The notes under the pieces: generated by a model
Database searches by the model: none
Seen by the model: the letters and a program-made list of their open reading frames with translations, nothing else
Told to the model about the DNA's origin: nothing
Translations under genes and position numbers: made by a program
Assembly: GCA_951406725.2 (NCBI GenBank)
Contig: OX597818.1
Coordinates: forward strand, 31,186,001 to 31,250,000
Source: Octopus vulgaris
Lineage: Eukaryota
Length of the DNA stretch: 64,000 nt
Direction of reading: 5' to 3'
Shown here: in pieces, positions 1 to 14,314 of the stretch
Position numbering within the stretch: position 1 is the first letter of the stretch
Layout of the letters: each line of letters starts with the position of its first letter

Positions 1-9
1 AATTGATTC

Positions 10-150
10 TAGTACAAGAGTGGTACTTTATTTACCGACCCTAAAGGGTAAAGTTGACTTTGGCGGGATTTGAACTTAAACCGCATAAAGCTGAAACGAG
101 TACCGCAAAGCCATATATACGACGCTCTAACGACTCAGTCAAACCGACCA
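10..150 (-). mobile_element. Degenerate tRNA-derived SINE fragment (Nin-domain-like family)
   Basis: ggtactttatttaccgaccctaaaggg...gttgactttggcgggatttgaact matches the repeat unit at 14390-14910; its reverse complement has a B-box-like GTTCAAAT. Confidence 0.6.
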
Positions 151-293
151 CCATAATGTGAGAACATAGGATAAAATGAAGGGTTTTTATTGAATAATGA
201 TTCTAATTAAAAGATAAAAATCATTAAAATTAATGAATTTTTCAGTGGCCAGCACATAAAAAAACTTTTAGGTAAAATACATTTATAGAGATA

Positions 294-466
294 GTTAAGT
301 TAAGTTAAGTTAATTTTTTGGCTCAAAAAGCAAAAAGCAAGGCCATGTAGGGGGACATGGAGTTATGTACAGGGAGGGTGTTCAAGCAAAGAGTTCAGGC
401 CATTTCTCATCAAGAGAGACTTTGAACCGAGCGGTCGTCGGCATCTTCACTATCTTGTCCGGCAGA
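294..466 (-). mobile_element. CR1/L2-like LINE 3' end with (TTAAC)n tail
   Basis: Minus strand reads LPDKIVKMPTTARFKVSLDEKWPELFA*, a typical CR1 ORF2 C-terminus, followed by a short UTR and a tandem tail. Confidence 0.6.
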
Positions 467-585
467 GATGTGTAATTGTACAGGGTAGCTTTTGTGCCCC
501 TCAGTATAATTGTACCCTATACAATTATATAAATACAATTATATAAATAAAAAGAATTAAATATACATAAATGTGTATGCGCGCT

Positions 586-586
<1 letters not shown>

Positions 587-676
<90 letters not shown>

Positions 677-826
677 GCCTATCTATCTACTAGCAGATGC
701 ATGTTTATATACAAAGAGAGGGAGAGATAGGGTGTATGGGATTTCTGGCCGATGTTTTAGATTCATTCTTCATTTAAGATATAATACCACTCCTATCGCA
801 TTCTCGCTCCCATACACACCTATATA

Positions 827-909
<83 letters not shown>

Positions 910-1007
910 AAGTAATATATACCAAGTCTACACCAATGTCGATTATGTATATATGCTCGTATGTATATATATATATGTGTGTGTATACATATGTATATAT
1001 GTATATA

Positions 1008-1070
<63 letters not shown>
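587..1070. repeat. (TATC)n and (TA)n microsatellites (representative of dozens in the window)
   Basis: Seen directly. Confidence 0.95.
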
Positions 1071-1073
<3 letters not shown>

Positions 1074-1381
1074 GGTGGGATGAGTTTGTATGTATGTATA
1101 CATGTGCACTTACACGTATTCGCATAACTGAATAAATTCGATATTAGCATACATACACACACCGGTTGTCATAAATACACACACGAACATACATACATAC
1201 ATACATACATACATACATAAATACATAGGCATTTGCATGTAAATAAGTATGTATGCTTGTATATATTTATGTATTATATATACATATATATATGTACACA
1301 CACAAGTATAATATACATGTACATACATCCATATATATATATATATACCCGTACATCCAGCCATCTATATATGTATGTATG

Positions 1382-1427
<46 letters not shown>

Positions 1428-1967
1428 CATATACACCGACACGTGTGTGTTTATACATTAATACATCTATGCATGCTTATACGGATATGCATGCGTCCAT
1501 TAATAGATCTACACTCACACAGGAATCAGAATGTTGAGCAAGTTTCAAATTCATACTTCAATTAAGATATAACAACAGATATCTACCAACTTCCCCGACC
1601 TATCAACGTGGCTATGAGGTTTCAATTTCAAGTGCCGGTATAAATTAATTATAAACCAAATACAATATAAGCAAAATAAAACGAATCAAAATTCACTTGA
1701 AGTGTATATTCACACTGTTTTTTTGTTGTTGATGTTTTTGTTCCTGTTGTTGTTGTTGTTGTTGTTGTTTATGATGGCGGCGTTCGTGGTGGTGGTGTTA
1801 ATGATAATGGTGGGGATTGTGGTGTTGTTGCTGTTGACGTAATCGCTGTGTTATCTAATGATATCAACATCCTCTTCGTCCTTTTACCATACAGAGTAAA
1901 AAGCAATAAACTAAGCAGATGTTTCATCTAATGTTAGGGGTACCCTAGCTGTACTTTTACTGCTATT

Positions 1968-2195
1968 ACCGCCACCGCCACCACCACCGCCACCACCACC
2001 ACCACCACCACCACCACCACCACCACCACCATCGCCGCTGCCTCCGCGGCTCCGCCATCACCGTCGCTGTCACCGTAGCTGCCACCGTCGCTGTTACCGC
2101 GCCGCCACTGTCGCCGCCACTGACGCTGCCACCGCTACCGCCGCTGCCCCATCGCTGCTGGTGCTGCTGGTGCTGCTGGTGCTGCTGCTGCTGCA

Positions 2196-2268
<73 letters not shown>

Positions 2269-2465
2269 TAACTACTATCAGTGTCGTCACTACCGCTATC
2301 GTTAGCCGTTCCCTTCACATTCACCATTATCACGAACCTCCATCACTATCTCGACACGTTGGCGCTATCACCAGCACCGGTAACAGCACCGCGAGCACCA
2401 CCACCACGACCCCTTGCACCACCACCACGACCCCTTGCACCACCACCACGACCCCTTGCACCACC
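1968..2465. repeat. (CCA)n/(CTG)n/(CTA)n tract and 21-bp minisatellite caccaccaccacgaccccttg x3
   Basis: Seen directly. Confidence 0.9.
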
Positions 2466-2619
2466 GACAGTGTCGCTATTATCACCATCACCACTAAATA
2501 GCGAAAACCGGTTGGATTTCACATCCATATGATATGTATATATTTATAAAAAGATATTAAACTATGTGGAACGAAGGCATTTCTCTTCCACTTTTTATAT
2601 TTTTTCCTATATATTTTTA

Positions 2620-2665
<46 letters not shown>

Positions 2666-2875
2666 ATATATATACATACATATACGAGCAATAATTATAG
2701 CGACAGAGAATATGGAGAGTGGTACATCCGCAAAATTAATTTCCTTTTATTTTACAACATATTTCTATGGTTACGATTACCTACACATATTTCCACTGTA
2801 TAGGCAGTTGCATATACAACCGGGCATAATTTTCTTTGAAGCTTTGTCTTTGAAGATCGACAGTTTGAATCTAAA

Positions 2876-2917
<42 letters not shown>

Positions 2918-2918
2918 T

Positions 2919-3269
2919 TCAGTTTCCAGTAGATAGATCCTCGCTTAACTGTGCTATATTTAGCCTACATTTAAGCATTCTATGGCCAGTGTAGAACGCT
3001 TGAACAAGATGTGGACAGCTAAAACTAACCTTATCTCTAGTTCTTATCACTATCCTGTCTAATAAATAGTTGTGCCTTCCGTCGCCACTAATCCAGGTCC
3101 ACTCTTGGACGCTCGGATGGTCAAGCCTGTAACGGTCTGCCAGCTGAAAACGCTTAAGCAGATCCACGAGACGTGAGTTTAGTTTTCTACCAGTCAAGCG
3201 AACACTATCGATGCGTGCGTCAAAGATAGCGTTAAAGTCTCCTAACACCACTAATGTTCTCGACGTCAC
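2919..3269 (-). pseudogene. L1/Tx1-like LINE ORF2 APE-endonuclease fragment
   Basis: LVVLGDFNA, D.YR...P....WTW, LDRIV and TGHR (SDH-like) motifs of the APE endonuclease domain. Confidence 0.8.
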
Positions 3270-4139
3270 GAGAAAATTTTACGGGGTTAACATTACTCTC
3301 TTCAAGAGTGCGTTTTTCATGTATAATTTCAACTGACATACTCGGCCGAAATTAATTACACAAGAAAATATCACACAATAATCGGTTTTCCATAAGGAAA
3401 ACTTATAATAATTCTCGCAAAAACAGTTTATAAATTTTTCGACGATAGTTCCAATCCCGCCCCCTGCGAGGGCGGTGCATAAATGTAAAATCTAATACGA
3501 CTTTAGGAAGTCCAATTTTGTCGCAGTATTTTGTTTAAAAATTGCCACAATGCTACAAATTGCTACAAAAAGAAATAACAATTTCTATCACCCGGTATAC
3601 AGGGCAACAGCACAAAGTTCAACAATAATAACAATCCAAAAATACAATAACAAGTCCAACAGTAACAAATCCAATATTTGACGATAAAGTTCCTTTCGGA
3701 GCAGAAACAACACTCAGTCAACGACCGGAAGCAAGCTTCTTACCACTCAGCCAAGCCTAGTCTTCATTTCGGACACCGCATATTCCAAACATTTTCATAA
3801 ATACTTCAATACATATGTAAACTTAACGATTAGTAAACATGCGTACGAATGTATGTATGTATGTATGTATGTATGTATGTATGTATGTATGTATGTATGT
3901 ATGTATGTATGTATGTATGCATGCATGCATGTATGTAGTTATGTATGTATGTATGTAATTATGTATGTATGTAATTATGTATGTATGTATATATGCATGT
4001 GTGTATGTCTATTTACTCGCAAACAGTTCAGTATACTTTTGAAATACTTTCATATATGCTTCACCAAATTCTTTTATATACACTTTAGATGCGCATACGC
4101 AAGTATGTATGTATATAATAAATCTATTACTATATATAT

Positions 4140-4222
<83 letters not shown>

Positions 4223-4351
4223 TTATAATTAAGGGCTAAAGAAGGTTATTCTAAAGCCAATACACTGATTAATCCACTTATAATCCACTTGTTACAGGAA
4301 AATTGAACTGAAAGCAAGAAACTAACCTTTAGAAAATTTAAATTTCGTTAT

Positions 4352-4411
4352 CTCTATATTGAATCAATTTCGGAATTAATCCTATAAAGGATATATTCTT
4401 CGTCAGTAGAG
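4352..4411 (-). ncRNA. Type I minimal hammerhead ribozyme
   Basis: Minus strand: ctcta CTGACGA a-gaat..attc-c GAAA ttga-t-tcaa TA tagag; stem I ctcta/tagag, near-palindromic stem III. Confidence 0.8.
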
Positions 4412-4698
4412 CTTACGAAGGAATATAAATAAAATACTCACATGTTATTATGGAAAAAGCAGAAGCTAAAAACACAACCACATTTAAGTACATCATTTAT
4501 ATCTAAAAATAAAAATTCCTTGGTCAGTCTCAGAACAACGTGTTGACCTTTCGCCGCTACATATTGTAATGGTTACCGGTCCCCTTGTAACAAGTAGTGA
4601 GTTTACTACTAACAATATAGGATGAAGTCCCTTTCTCTACAGAAAAAGATTCCATCAAAAAGCGTGGCAGTATATTAAGAAGACCTTTACGGTTGAAG

Positions 4699-4734
<36 letters not shown>

Positions 4735-4747
4735 GTACACACACATA

Positions 4748-4838
<91 letters not shown>

Positions 4839-5706
4839 GTGCAGACATATATACTCAAGCACAGACTCCCATAAGTCCGCAAATCATACATACATTGCTT
4901 TCTTGCAAAGTAGCATTAACTATCAATGAAAATTACAAAAAGAATAAAGTGATGAATTATGATATGTCCTACTGAGTTGTACCAGGAAAGTCGCCCATAA
5001 TTTAAAAACAGAAAGTAATTTAAGGAAGTGTATAGTTAAAACATTTAAGGTATTGAATTAATTCTGTCCAGGCACACATCTTAACATTTATCGCTTTTGT
5101 TATTGTTCTGGCGTTATTTTGACTCTTTTTAAAAGAAAAAATGAATATATAAATAAAATTTTGCTTTTTAAAAGGTCGTTGGAAAATTCCATTTTATTTT
5201 AAGCATATAATTGTTATCTTAGTTCTAATTTGTTAAAATAAAATTTTTTCTCTTACAGAGTCTATATTGGAATTGTTATTTTATACTGATTTTTTTGTTG
5301 TTTTTCTTTGCCCTTATTGTAATTTTGTATTGTTACATCCCTGCTTGTATTTTGTCCCTGTTTGGGTATTTTTATTCTAAATCTGTACTTTTACTCCTCC
5401 CCTTCCTTCTCTACCCCCTGCGCCTCCTTCTCCCTCTGCATGTCATTTCCTTTTTGTTTGTTTTTGTTTTTGTATCTGCATTTTTTGAAAAATAATTTCT
5501 TTTTGTTTTTTTGTCATTTAGCCAAGATTAATTTACCTGACATTAATTGTTATTAATAATGCCAGACACACACCAACAGACATGCATGCACACACACTAA
5601 CTTACTTTAGACACGCTCATTCTGTGCCAGTCGAACGGTGGTTCCTGTTCCCCCCCCCACATCTCTGAACAATATTACTCGGCTGCCACCACTAACAGCA
5701 CAACCA

Positions 5707-5838
<132 letters not shown>

Positions 5839-6222
5839 CGTATTGTATATATATTTTTTGATTGATTTCTTTTATTTATTAAAATGTTGTTGTTGCTAAT
5901 GCCACCGATATTGCTGTGAATGTTATTCTTGATGTCATCATGATTGCTACGGATGTCGCTGTTATTATTTTCGTCGGTGTTGCTGTTGTTGTTGTTGTTG
6001 TTGTTCTGGTTGTGGTCGTTATTGCTGCTATTGCTGTCATTAAAGAATTGAAATTTTTAAAAAATTAAGGTTTTCTAAGTTAAGCTAGCTCCGAGTTTAA
6101 TTAAAACATCTATAAAACCGTCAAAACTATAACAATAATTATTTTTATAACAGAAATTCCTTATGGAAAGTATATATATGTGTGTGTGTGTGTGTATGTA
6201 TATATATATATACATACACACG

Positions 6223-6293
<71 letters not shown>

Positions 6294-6567
6294 TTATCTA
6301 TATATATATATATATACAAACATATATATATATATAAAGTAGAGCGAAAACAAATAAAAAAAAAAACAAGAGACGAGGGACGTCCACAGTTAATACACAC
6401 CGTCCAAACACACACACACACACACATATATATGTTTGTGTGTGTATGTGTGTGTGCATGTGTGTGTGTGTAGGTGGGGGCTGTATAAAGCATGTATTTC
6501 TATCTATCCCTGTCTGTCTGTCTTTCTCTCCATAGAGATGTGTGTATGTATGCACACATAGAGAGAT

Positions 6568-6900
6568 GCAGGCACGACTGAGAGGTTAAGCATTTCACTG
6601 TGCAATCATGAGGTCTGGGTTCGATTACTCCGGCGTAACATCTGGAGCAAATATTTTTACTATCACTTGAGGCTAGCCTATCGATCGTGTGTGAAACCTA
6701 GAAGAAGGAATCTGTCTGGATTGTGCCAATAACTCAAAGATCCAGCCTTGTCACACACCGAATTATCCTGATCCGGCTTCAGAATTACATTAAGGGTACA
6801 ACATATCTGTGGAATACTCAGCCATTGATTCGTTAATTTAACGAATCACACGTTCATTTGATTGAGCAACCGACGAATGTTCATTCTAGAAATAAAAGAA
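6568..6900 (+). mobile_element. Old tRNA-derived SINE
   Basis: Diverged A/B box head (ggttaag...gggttcgatt) and body similar to the 26087 family. Confidence 0.5.
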
Positions 6901-6956
6901 AACAATAAACAATATATTATACAGACGCACCCCCACCACACACAGACACACAGACC

Positions 6957-6996
<40 letters not shown>

Positions 6997-7133
6997 TATA
7001 TATATGTATGTATGTACATATATATATGCGTATGTGTACTTGTATATATGAGGTATGTACCTGCCTACCTACCTTATTTCATCAAATTCGATCAAAGAGC
7101 CGTACCTGCCAGAATGTGTATATATATTTAAAA

Positions 7134-7175
<42 letters not shown>

Positions 7176-7179
7176 GTGA

Positions 7180-7405
7180 AAAAACTACAGAAGGCTTGTT
7201 TTATAAGGTTAAAGAATATATTTAAGTCGTTATGACATTTTGTGTATAGTAACATAGCTTTTGGAGAAATAACCGGTTTCGTGTAAACTTTTCAAATTTC
7301 TCAAATTTCTTTACCTACATCGTGTCATGTCTTCGTTATGAAGTGCAAAGAAGAGTTCCAACCAAGGGGAGGTAATAATTTCCTCCGGTATAAGGGAGAT
7401 AATCG
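7180..7405 (-). mobile_element. Penelope-like terminal (pLTR) fragment
   Basis: Reverse complement is homologous to 37150-37335, the segment following the GIY-YIG remnant (shared gaaaccggttatttctccaaaa). Confidence 0.55.
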
Positions 7406-7407
7406 CC

Positions 7408-7440
<33 letters not shown>

Positions 7441-7442
<2 letters not shown>

Positions 7443-8730
7443 TATATATAAAATAGGGATGTGTATGTATTCGCTTTTCACGCAAAACGGCCTCACCAAT
7501 TGCCCCCATACTTCTGATGCATGACTAATTTGACTTTGGACAAATAATAGGCTGTTCATTTGATTTTTTTATTAAAAATAAAAATATTGCCTTTTATATT
7601 ACGTTCACGTCTTTGAAAGTTTAAAAAATATTTACTTTCGGTTTTCTAGCATCAGTGACGTCTCTTATCTCTTTATGTATATCTCTCTATCCATCTCTTC
7701 CTCTCTATCTCTATCTGTATGCAACATAACTCTCTATCTCTCTCTCTCCCTATATATATATATATATATATATATAACATATATCTCTATCTATATCTCT
7801 CTCTCTATCTCTCTATCTCTATCTCTATTTCTCTGTATCTATCTGTCTATATCTTATCTCTCTCTCTCTCTATCTTTTATTTGTCTGTCTGACTTGCCAG
7901 CTCTCTCTCTCCCTCTTGCTCTATCTCCTGCTCAATCTCTATTGTTTTCACTTTCATTTTTCAGACGCTATTTGACTTTAACTTCAATCGTTATTATTTT
8001 CACTGTAAGTTTAAGTTTTCAATTGCTATTTACAAACAAACAACGACAAATTACTAGGAGAAAGAAGTTCACATTCCTAATTTACTGACAGAAATATCTT
8101 CATAAATTTCATTCCAATCCGTACGGTTTTGTGTTTTTCTGTTATTGACGTTTTTTTCTGGTTCCTTTGATACTGGCTCTTTGGTTTACTGAGTGACAAA
8201 TTTCGCTTGAACCCATACAATACTTTATTTTCCGTTAAAGTTTCTGTTCGTCGTATTAAGAAACATAATTTCCGTTACCTAGTTATTTTCATTGTTTACT
8301 ATCTTCTGCACTCTTGTGCTTCTGTATACGTATATAACCATACCTAGAAGCAAAGTGTCAAATTTGTCTACAATATCAAGGTCAGCCAAAAGAATGTCTC
8401 TGTCCAAGGAAAGAGAGATAGCTGCAGAAAGAGAAGCACGCGAAGAAACGAACAGGCCGTGCAGTACAAAAGTCAGAGCATCTCAAAATGGTGAACAGAG
8501 GTATGCACGACTGACAAGGAATAGGATCTCCACTTCAGAACGAAGAGCGGTTGCAACAACTCAGAGAAGCAACGTCTGTGAAGTAACTTTCTATTATGAT
8601 CCAGAAGTTCATTATGCAGATGACACTAGAGTTTCTATTGGTGCAATGATAACTGAGTGCATACATTGTAAAGCAAAGAAGTAGTCTGGAGATACACTCG
8701 CACTGTGCTGCAGTGGTGGAAAGCTGAGCC
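7441..8730 (+). mobile_element. Helitron 5' part with decayed RepHel N-terminal Zn-finger region
   Basis: 8580-8730 reads FYYDPEVHYADDTRVSIGAMITECIHCKAKK*SGDTLALCCSGGKL (IG.M..C.HC.A.K...CC..GK); 5' end atatataaaa..ttttcacgcaaaacgg resembles Helitron 5' ends. Confidence 0.7.
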
Positions 8731-8734
8731 CTAC

Positions 8735-8924
8735 CTGCAAGGTCATGCGTTGTTTATCTTGATACGAGATCACTAAGTCGCGCACATATATGGTTGTGAT
8801 GCATGTGCCTGGTGTACCCTTATCAGACGGGTAGTCATGATGGGTATACTGGGCTTTGTATATTTTACCCCAATGTCACTTTGATGGCATGCACTGATCT
8901 CTCATTCAATAATAATAATAATAA
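8735..8924 (+). mobile_element. Probable LINE 3' UTR ending in (AAT)n
   Basis: Non-microsatellite segment ending in an aataataat tail; family not assigned. Confidence 0.35.
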
Positions 8925-8929
8925 TCACA

Positions 8930-9110
8930 TAGACACAAGGCTTGAAATTTGGGGGTGGGGGACTAGACGATTACATCAACCCCAGTTAATTTATCGACCC
9001 CGAAAGGATAAGAGGCAAAGTTAACATCGGTGGAATTTGAACTCAGAACGTAAAGACATCTAAAATGCTGCTAAACATTTTGACCGGCGTTCTAACGATT
9101 CAGCCAGATC
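8930..9110 (-). mobile_element. tRNA-derived SINE (Nin-domain-like family)
   Basis: ttaatttatcgaccccgaaaggataagaggcaaagtt...ggaatttgaactcagaacgtaaag shared with the 14320-14915 units. Confidence 0.75.
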
Positions 9111-9354
9111 ACTTGTCTGATAAAAATCAAGACAGTAATAATAACGATAATGATGGTGACGGCGACGACGACGATGATGATGACAGTGTTGGTGGTGTTG
9201 GTAGGAGGGTAGTGATGGTGATGATGATGATGACGATGAAAAACGGTTGTTCTTTGTATTTTTGAAATTGAGTAAATGTAACACAAATGAAAACAGACGA
9301 TGTTGCGTTTGAGAACGTACACATAGGCATCATCATCATCATCTAAGTGAGCAC

Positions 9355-9415
<61 letters not shown>

Positions 9416-9746
9416 TGTGTGTGTATGCGTGGGTGTGTATGGGTGTGTGTGAATATATACTTAAATCATGTGAGCGTGTGCGTTTGTGTGCGTTTGTGTG
9501 CGAAAACTATTTCTTTTGTCGCATATCAACGACAATAAAAAACACATTAGAATTAAGAGTGATGTTACACGTTTTTTTCCTATTCCTTCCTTGAGAATCC
9601 TTTTAATGTTCTTTAAACTTATACATGTTAATATATATGTTAATGAATATTTTAAAACATTTTCTTCTTCAAAGAGTGAGAGAAAAAAATCCTACATCTA
9701 TCAAAATAAACACATGCATGTGCGTGAGTGTATGTATGTATGTATG

Positions 9747-9820
<74 letters not shown>

Positions 9821-10164
9821 GTGTGTGTGTGTGTGTGTGTGTGCATTTGTGTGTTTGTATGTATATGTATATATGTATATATATATATGTGTGTGTGTAT
9901 GTATATGTATTTGTATGTAACTATTTCTATAGACATACATACATACTCACATACATACATGTATGCATATAGATATACGTATATTTGTAAATATATGCAT
10001 ATATATGTATACATGTATGTAAATTCACATTTTCGAAAACACGTGTACACACATAATCAGACCACGAATCTCCCTATATATACGTATCTGGTTATATGTG
10101 TATGTGTTTCTATACACACATACATCAAGACAGACACACATACATACGCACACATATACATACA

Positions 10165-10232
<68 letters not shown>

Positions 10233-10274
10233 TACATATAAATATATACATACATATACATATATATATACATA

Positions 10275-10322
<48 letters not shown>

Positions 10323-10813
10323 ATGCGTGATATGTTTTCTCATGTTAAAAACAATGCACAATTACATAATTACATGTACTAAATAACATCAACAACAGCA
10401 ACAACAAGAACAAGAACAAGAACAACAAGAACAACAACAACATCAACGACACACCAACAATAAAGTGACACATTTAACGACGGCTGCAGCAACAAAAGAA
10501 ATGTGTTGTGACGTGTACATGTCGTTGGTGTGTTTCTTTGACACTTCTAAATGGAAAGAATATGTGTAATGGGAAAAAAATATTCACCCATAAAGTAAAC
10601 ATATACATATACATACATTAATACATACATACATACATATATACATGCATACAAGCACACACGCACATACCAAAAATATGAGTATATATGTGTGTGTGTG
10701 TGTAAACATTTAATCGGCTGAAGATACAAAGCTACTCAAGATTCTAAAGTCTTGTGCATTTATTTTGGCTATGGACGAAACTCTCTGCACTTGAGTGACT
10801 TTGTAATATTTAG

Positions 10814-10883
<70 letters not shown>

Positions 10884-11117
10884 CAAAATTTAGGTTAGGT
10901 AAAATGTGTTTGTGACATAACTGCTAAAAAGCAGTTACCGTGGAGAAAATATCTCTCTTCTGGTAAAATGTGTGAAAACACCCGGTTAGTTCAATGTCGC
11001 TATCTATCAGGAATCGCAGACATCGATGTTTCGAGTTTACTGGCTCTTTTCAATGGGATGTACCTAAGAGAGGCAACTTTGAACAAACTTAAATTTTGAT
11101 TATACCTTAACACTGCT

Positions 11118-11198
<81 letters not shown>

Positions 11199-11267
11199 GT
11201 CTGTCAATGTTTCAATTCATCACTCAGTCTATTTACTTTTGCATCTGGCTTTAGTTATCTGTCTGTT

Positions 11268-11309
<42 letters not shown>

Positions 11310-11381
11310 CATACACACACATCTATCTATACAGACATATATATATATACATATACACATCGCCGAGCATTCCGTCGGTTA

Positions 11382-11440
<59 letters not shown>

Positions 11441-11704
11441 TTAATTAAATATGTCCTATGAAAACATAGTTTACTGGTTGTCAATTAAGTGCTATATTAT
11501 AAGATATGTCCAAAGTCTTAAAAGATGCTTAGAGATTCATGAGAGCGATTATACATTAGAGAGTAAAATAATGGAATAGTTATATCTTAAAAATCCTAAT
11601 AAGGATAAGTATATAACATTAGCAATATTGTATTTATAGATAAATAAAGTACAGCTATGATTTTAAAAATGTTTTTAAATGCTTAAAACTTCTTGTATTT
11701 ATGC

Positions 11705-11747
<43 letters not shown>

Positions 11748-11790
11748 CGTGAATGTGTGTATACACGTATACAGGTATATATATATACAC

Positions 11791-11883
<93 letters not shown>

Positions 11884-12269
11884 TAAAAACACAGAAGGTT
11901 TGTATTACAGGATTTAAGAGTATATGAGAGCCATGATAATAAAGATATACAATTTTGTACAAAATAAGGTTTTGTCCTTTCAACATAATTGAAGTAAAGA
12001 CCGGTTTCGCATTGCTCATCAAACTCAGAGTTGAAAAGATAAAATTGCCTGGGGAGATAATTGCTCACTCATTTATTTTGCAGTAAGAGGAGGTAAATCT
12101 GTGATTTTTATTTTCTTGTTTTTTTTTTTTGTTGTGTGTTCTCTGCTTTATTTTGGCTTACATCTTCCATTAGAAGGGATAAGTCCTTTATTTTTTGTAT
12201 GGTTTCATATTTAATTCTGGTTTATATGCTTGGATGAATGAGTCTTCTTATTCAGTCTTGTGTTGAGAT

Positions 12270-12400
12270 CTAGAAACAGACATTTTTTACAAGACCACAA
12301 ACGCTAAGAAATATCTATTATTTAGCTCAGGTCACCTGAGACATATCAAAACTAACACCCCCTTCAACCTTGCAAGAAGGATTTGCACCATAGTATCCGA
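12270..12400 (+). pseudogene. Penelope-like element RT C-terminal fragment
   Basis: ETDIFYKTTNAKKYLLFSSGHLRHIKTNTPFNLARRICTIVS fits the PLE T.IY.K.T....YL.F.S.HP.H.K..IP...ARRI motif. Confidence 0.75.
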
Positions 12401-12483
12401 AAAAAATACCATCCTCCCCCTATAGAATAATTTCGAAAGAAATTGAACTCCACTAATTCCTTCTAGTGAAGCTCTTTTAACTC

Positions 12484-12531
12484 GTCTCTGATGATGGGGT
12501 GTCATTTATTTCCCCGAAACAGCTGTAAGAC
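12484..12531 (+). ncRNA. Type I minimal hammerhead ribozyme (PLE-associated)
   Basis: gtct CTGATGA t-gggg..cccc GAAA cagctg TA agac; intact core, palindromic stem III. Confidence 0.85.
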
Positions 12532-12597
12532 CACCTTTCTATTTATAAATGTCCTAGGAATATCAAATTGTTTTGGTCTTATCTTATTTCATTTAAT

Positions 12598-12638
<41 letters not shown>

Positions 12639-12680
12639 CTTCCATCTATACACATACGCATATCCACATATACACACGCA

Positions 12681-12771
<91 letters not shown>

Positions 12772-13274
12772 CATAAACACAGGCACATATAAATATATAT
12801 CTAACAAACTGTTTCTCTGAGATAAATGCTGTGTCGCATCATATTGCTTCGCAGAAACTTAATTTTCCCAGCTTTAATAGCATCTAACTAAATATATATT
12901 TCTCACACACGCCAGCCCCGTATCTTATGAAATAACTATCTTGAGGCAACCGTTTTCACCTTAGATCTCTCCAAGAGATAAACATCGAATTCATACAACT
13001 CCTACAATGATCTCAGCTGTATAGATTTCTTTGTAGTTTCGGTTACAGCGAATGCAGTGATATATATTTTGTTTATTTACTGGCCAAACACTATTTCTTC
13101 GATTGCTTTGTTTTTGTTTAGCCCGCATATCTGTCCTAATCGAAGACACCTGTGATCAAAGATATTCTATCTCGCTTTTATATGTACATGACAAACTACA
13201 TCGTCCAATATTTTAGTATTATATAATTTAAGGGAGTTTTGGTTGCCATTTCTAGCAGATCGAATGATTACAAA

Positions 13275-13470
13275 GTGTGGGCAACCTGCGGTCCATGGGA
13301 CATTTGGAATGGCACGTCTAACGAAAAATTACCTTGAAATTTTTCAGTAGTGCGACCCGCCTGATGACGAGCTATGCCTTATGTGGCCCGCCTGATGACA
13401 AGCCATATCTTATGCGGCCCATGCCTAATAGAAAATGGCTACTCATGCCTAGTAGAAGAGCCACGTTGGC
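13275..13470 (+). mobile_element. Possible hAT-type non-autonomous element fragment with internal ~30-bp subrepeats
   Basis: gtgggcaacctgcggtcc start and repeated (g)gcccgcctgatgac motifs. Confidence 0.35.
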
Positions 13471-13639
13471 TCTCTTTCCTGACTGTATTCTAATCAAGTG
13501 TAGACAAAACCTGTAAGATGCCAACCATTTGCTGTCTCTGAACGACAGAGATTGTTCAAAGACAAGCAAATATTAGAACAATTCTATTGTGATGCTATTG
13601 TTTAACACGACAAGAATCTAATAGCAGAAGTAAGAAGCG

Positions 13640-13780
13640 GAGGCTGGTTGAATCGTTTGCATGTCGGGCAAGATGCTTAGCGGAATTTCGTCCATCTCTA
13701 CATTCTGAATTCAAATTCCGCCGAGGTTGACTTTGCTTGGCGTCCTTTCGAGTTTAATAAGGTAAGTACCAGTTGAACAC
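13640..13780 (+). mobile_element. tRNA-derived SINE (Nin-domain-like family)
   Basis: ggcggaggctggttgaatcg head...ttcaaattccgccgaggttgactttgc..cctttcgag..taagtaccag. Confidence 0.7.
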
Positions 13781-14255
13781 ATGTACCAAAATTTGAAACC
13801 AATATCAGAAATGAACCTGAAGGTTGCATGACTTGGTTGTATTTGGAAACATAATTTAGCTATGAAAACAGTGGTTAGTCCCAGAGAAGTAGGGTTAAAT
13901 GTTCTCGTTCCTGTTGTTATTTAGCCGCACGTCAGCTTTGATAGAGCTGATAAACTTGGTAAAAGGCATTTCAGGCATGATCAGCCTACTAGAAATAACA
14001 GCTAAATTTCCCCAAGTAGCTTGCTACCGGCCAAGAACTACAAATAGGATAATTTAGTTCTAGAGATACTGCCTAAATAATTGTATTTCATTACATGACT
14101 ACTGCGCCCATGCTTGAACAACATCTTAAAGAGTTTTATTCGAACAACTCGGCTCCACTACTTATTTTTGTGAAGTCTAGCACATATTCTATGGATCTCT
14201 TTTGCCGAACTGCTTAGTTACGGTATGTAAATATATCAATACCGGTGGAGGACAA

Positions 14256-14287
<32 letters not shown>

Positions 14288-14314
14288 ACACACACACACA
14301 CACTCTCGACACTC

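Noticed and set aside
13361-13400. Two CTGATGA motifs
   Set aside because: No GAAA/NUH partners with pairing; they are subrepeats of a DNA element
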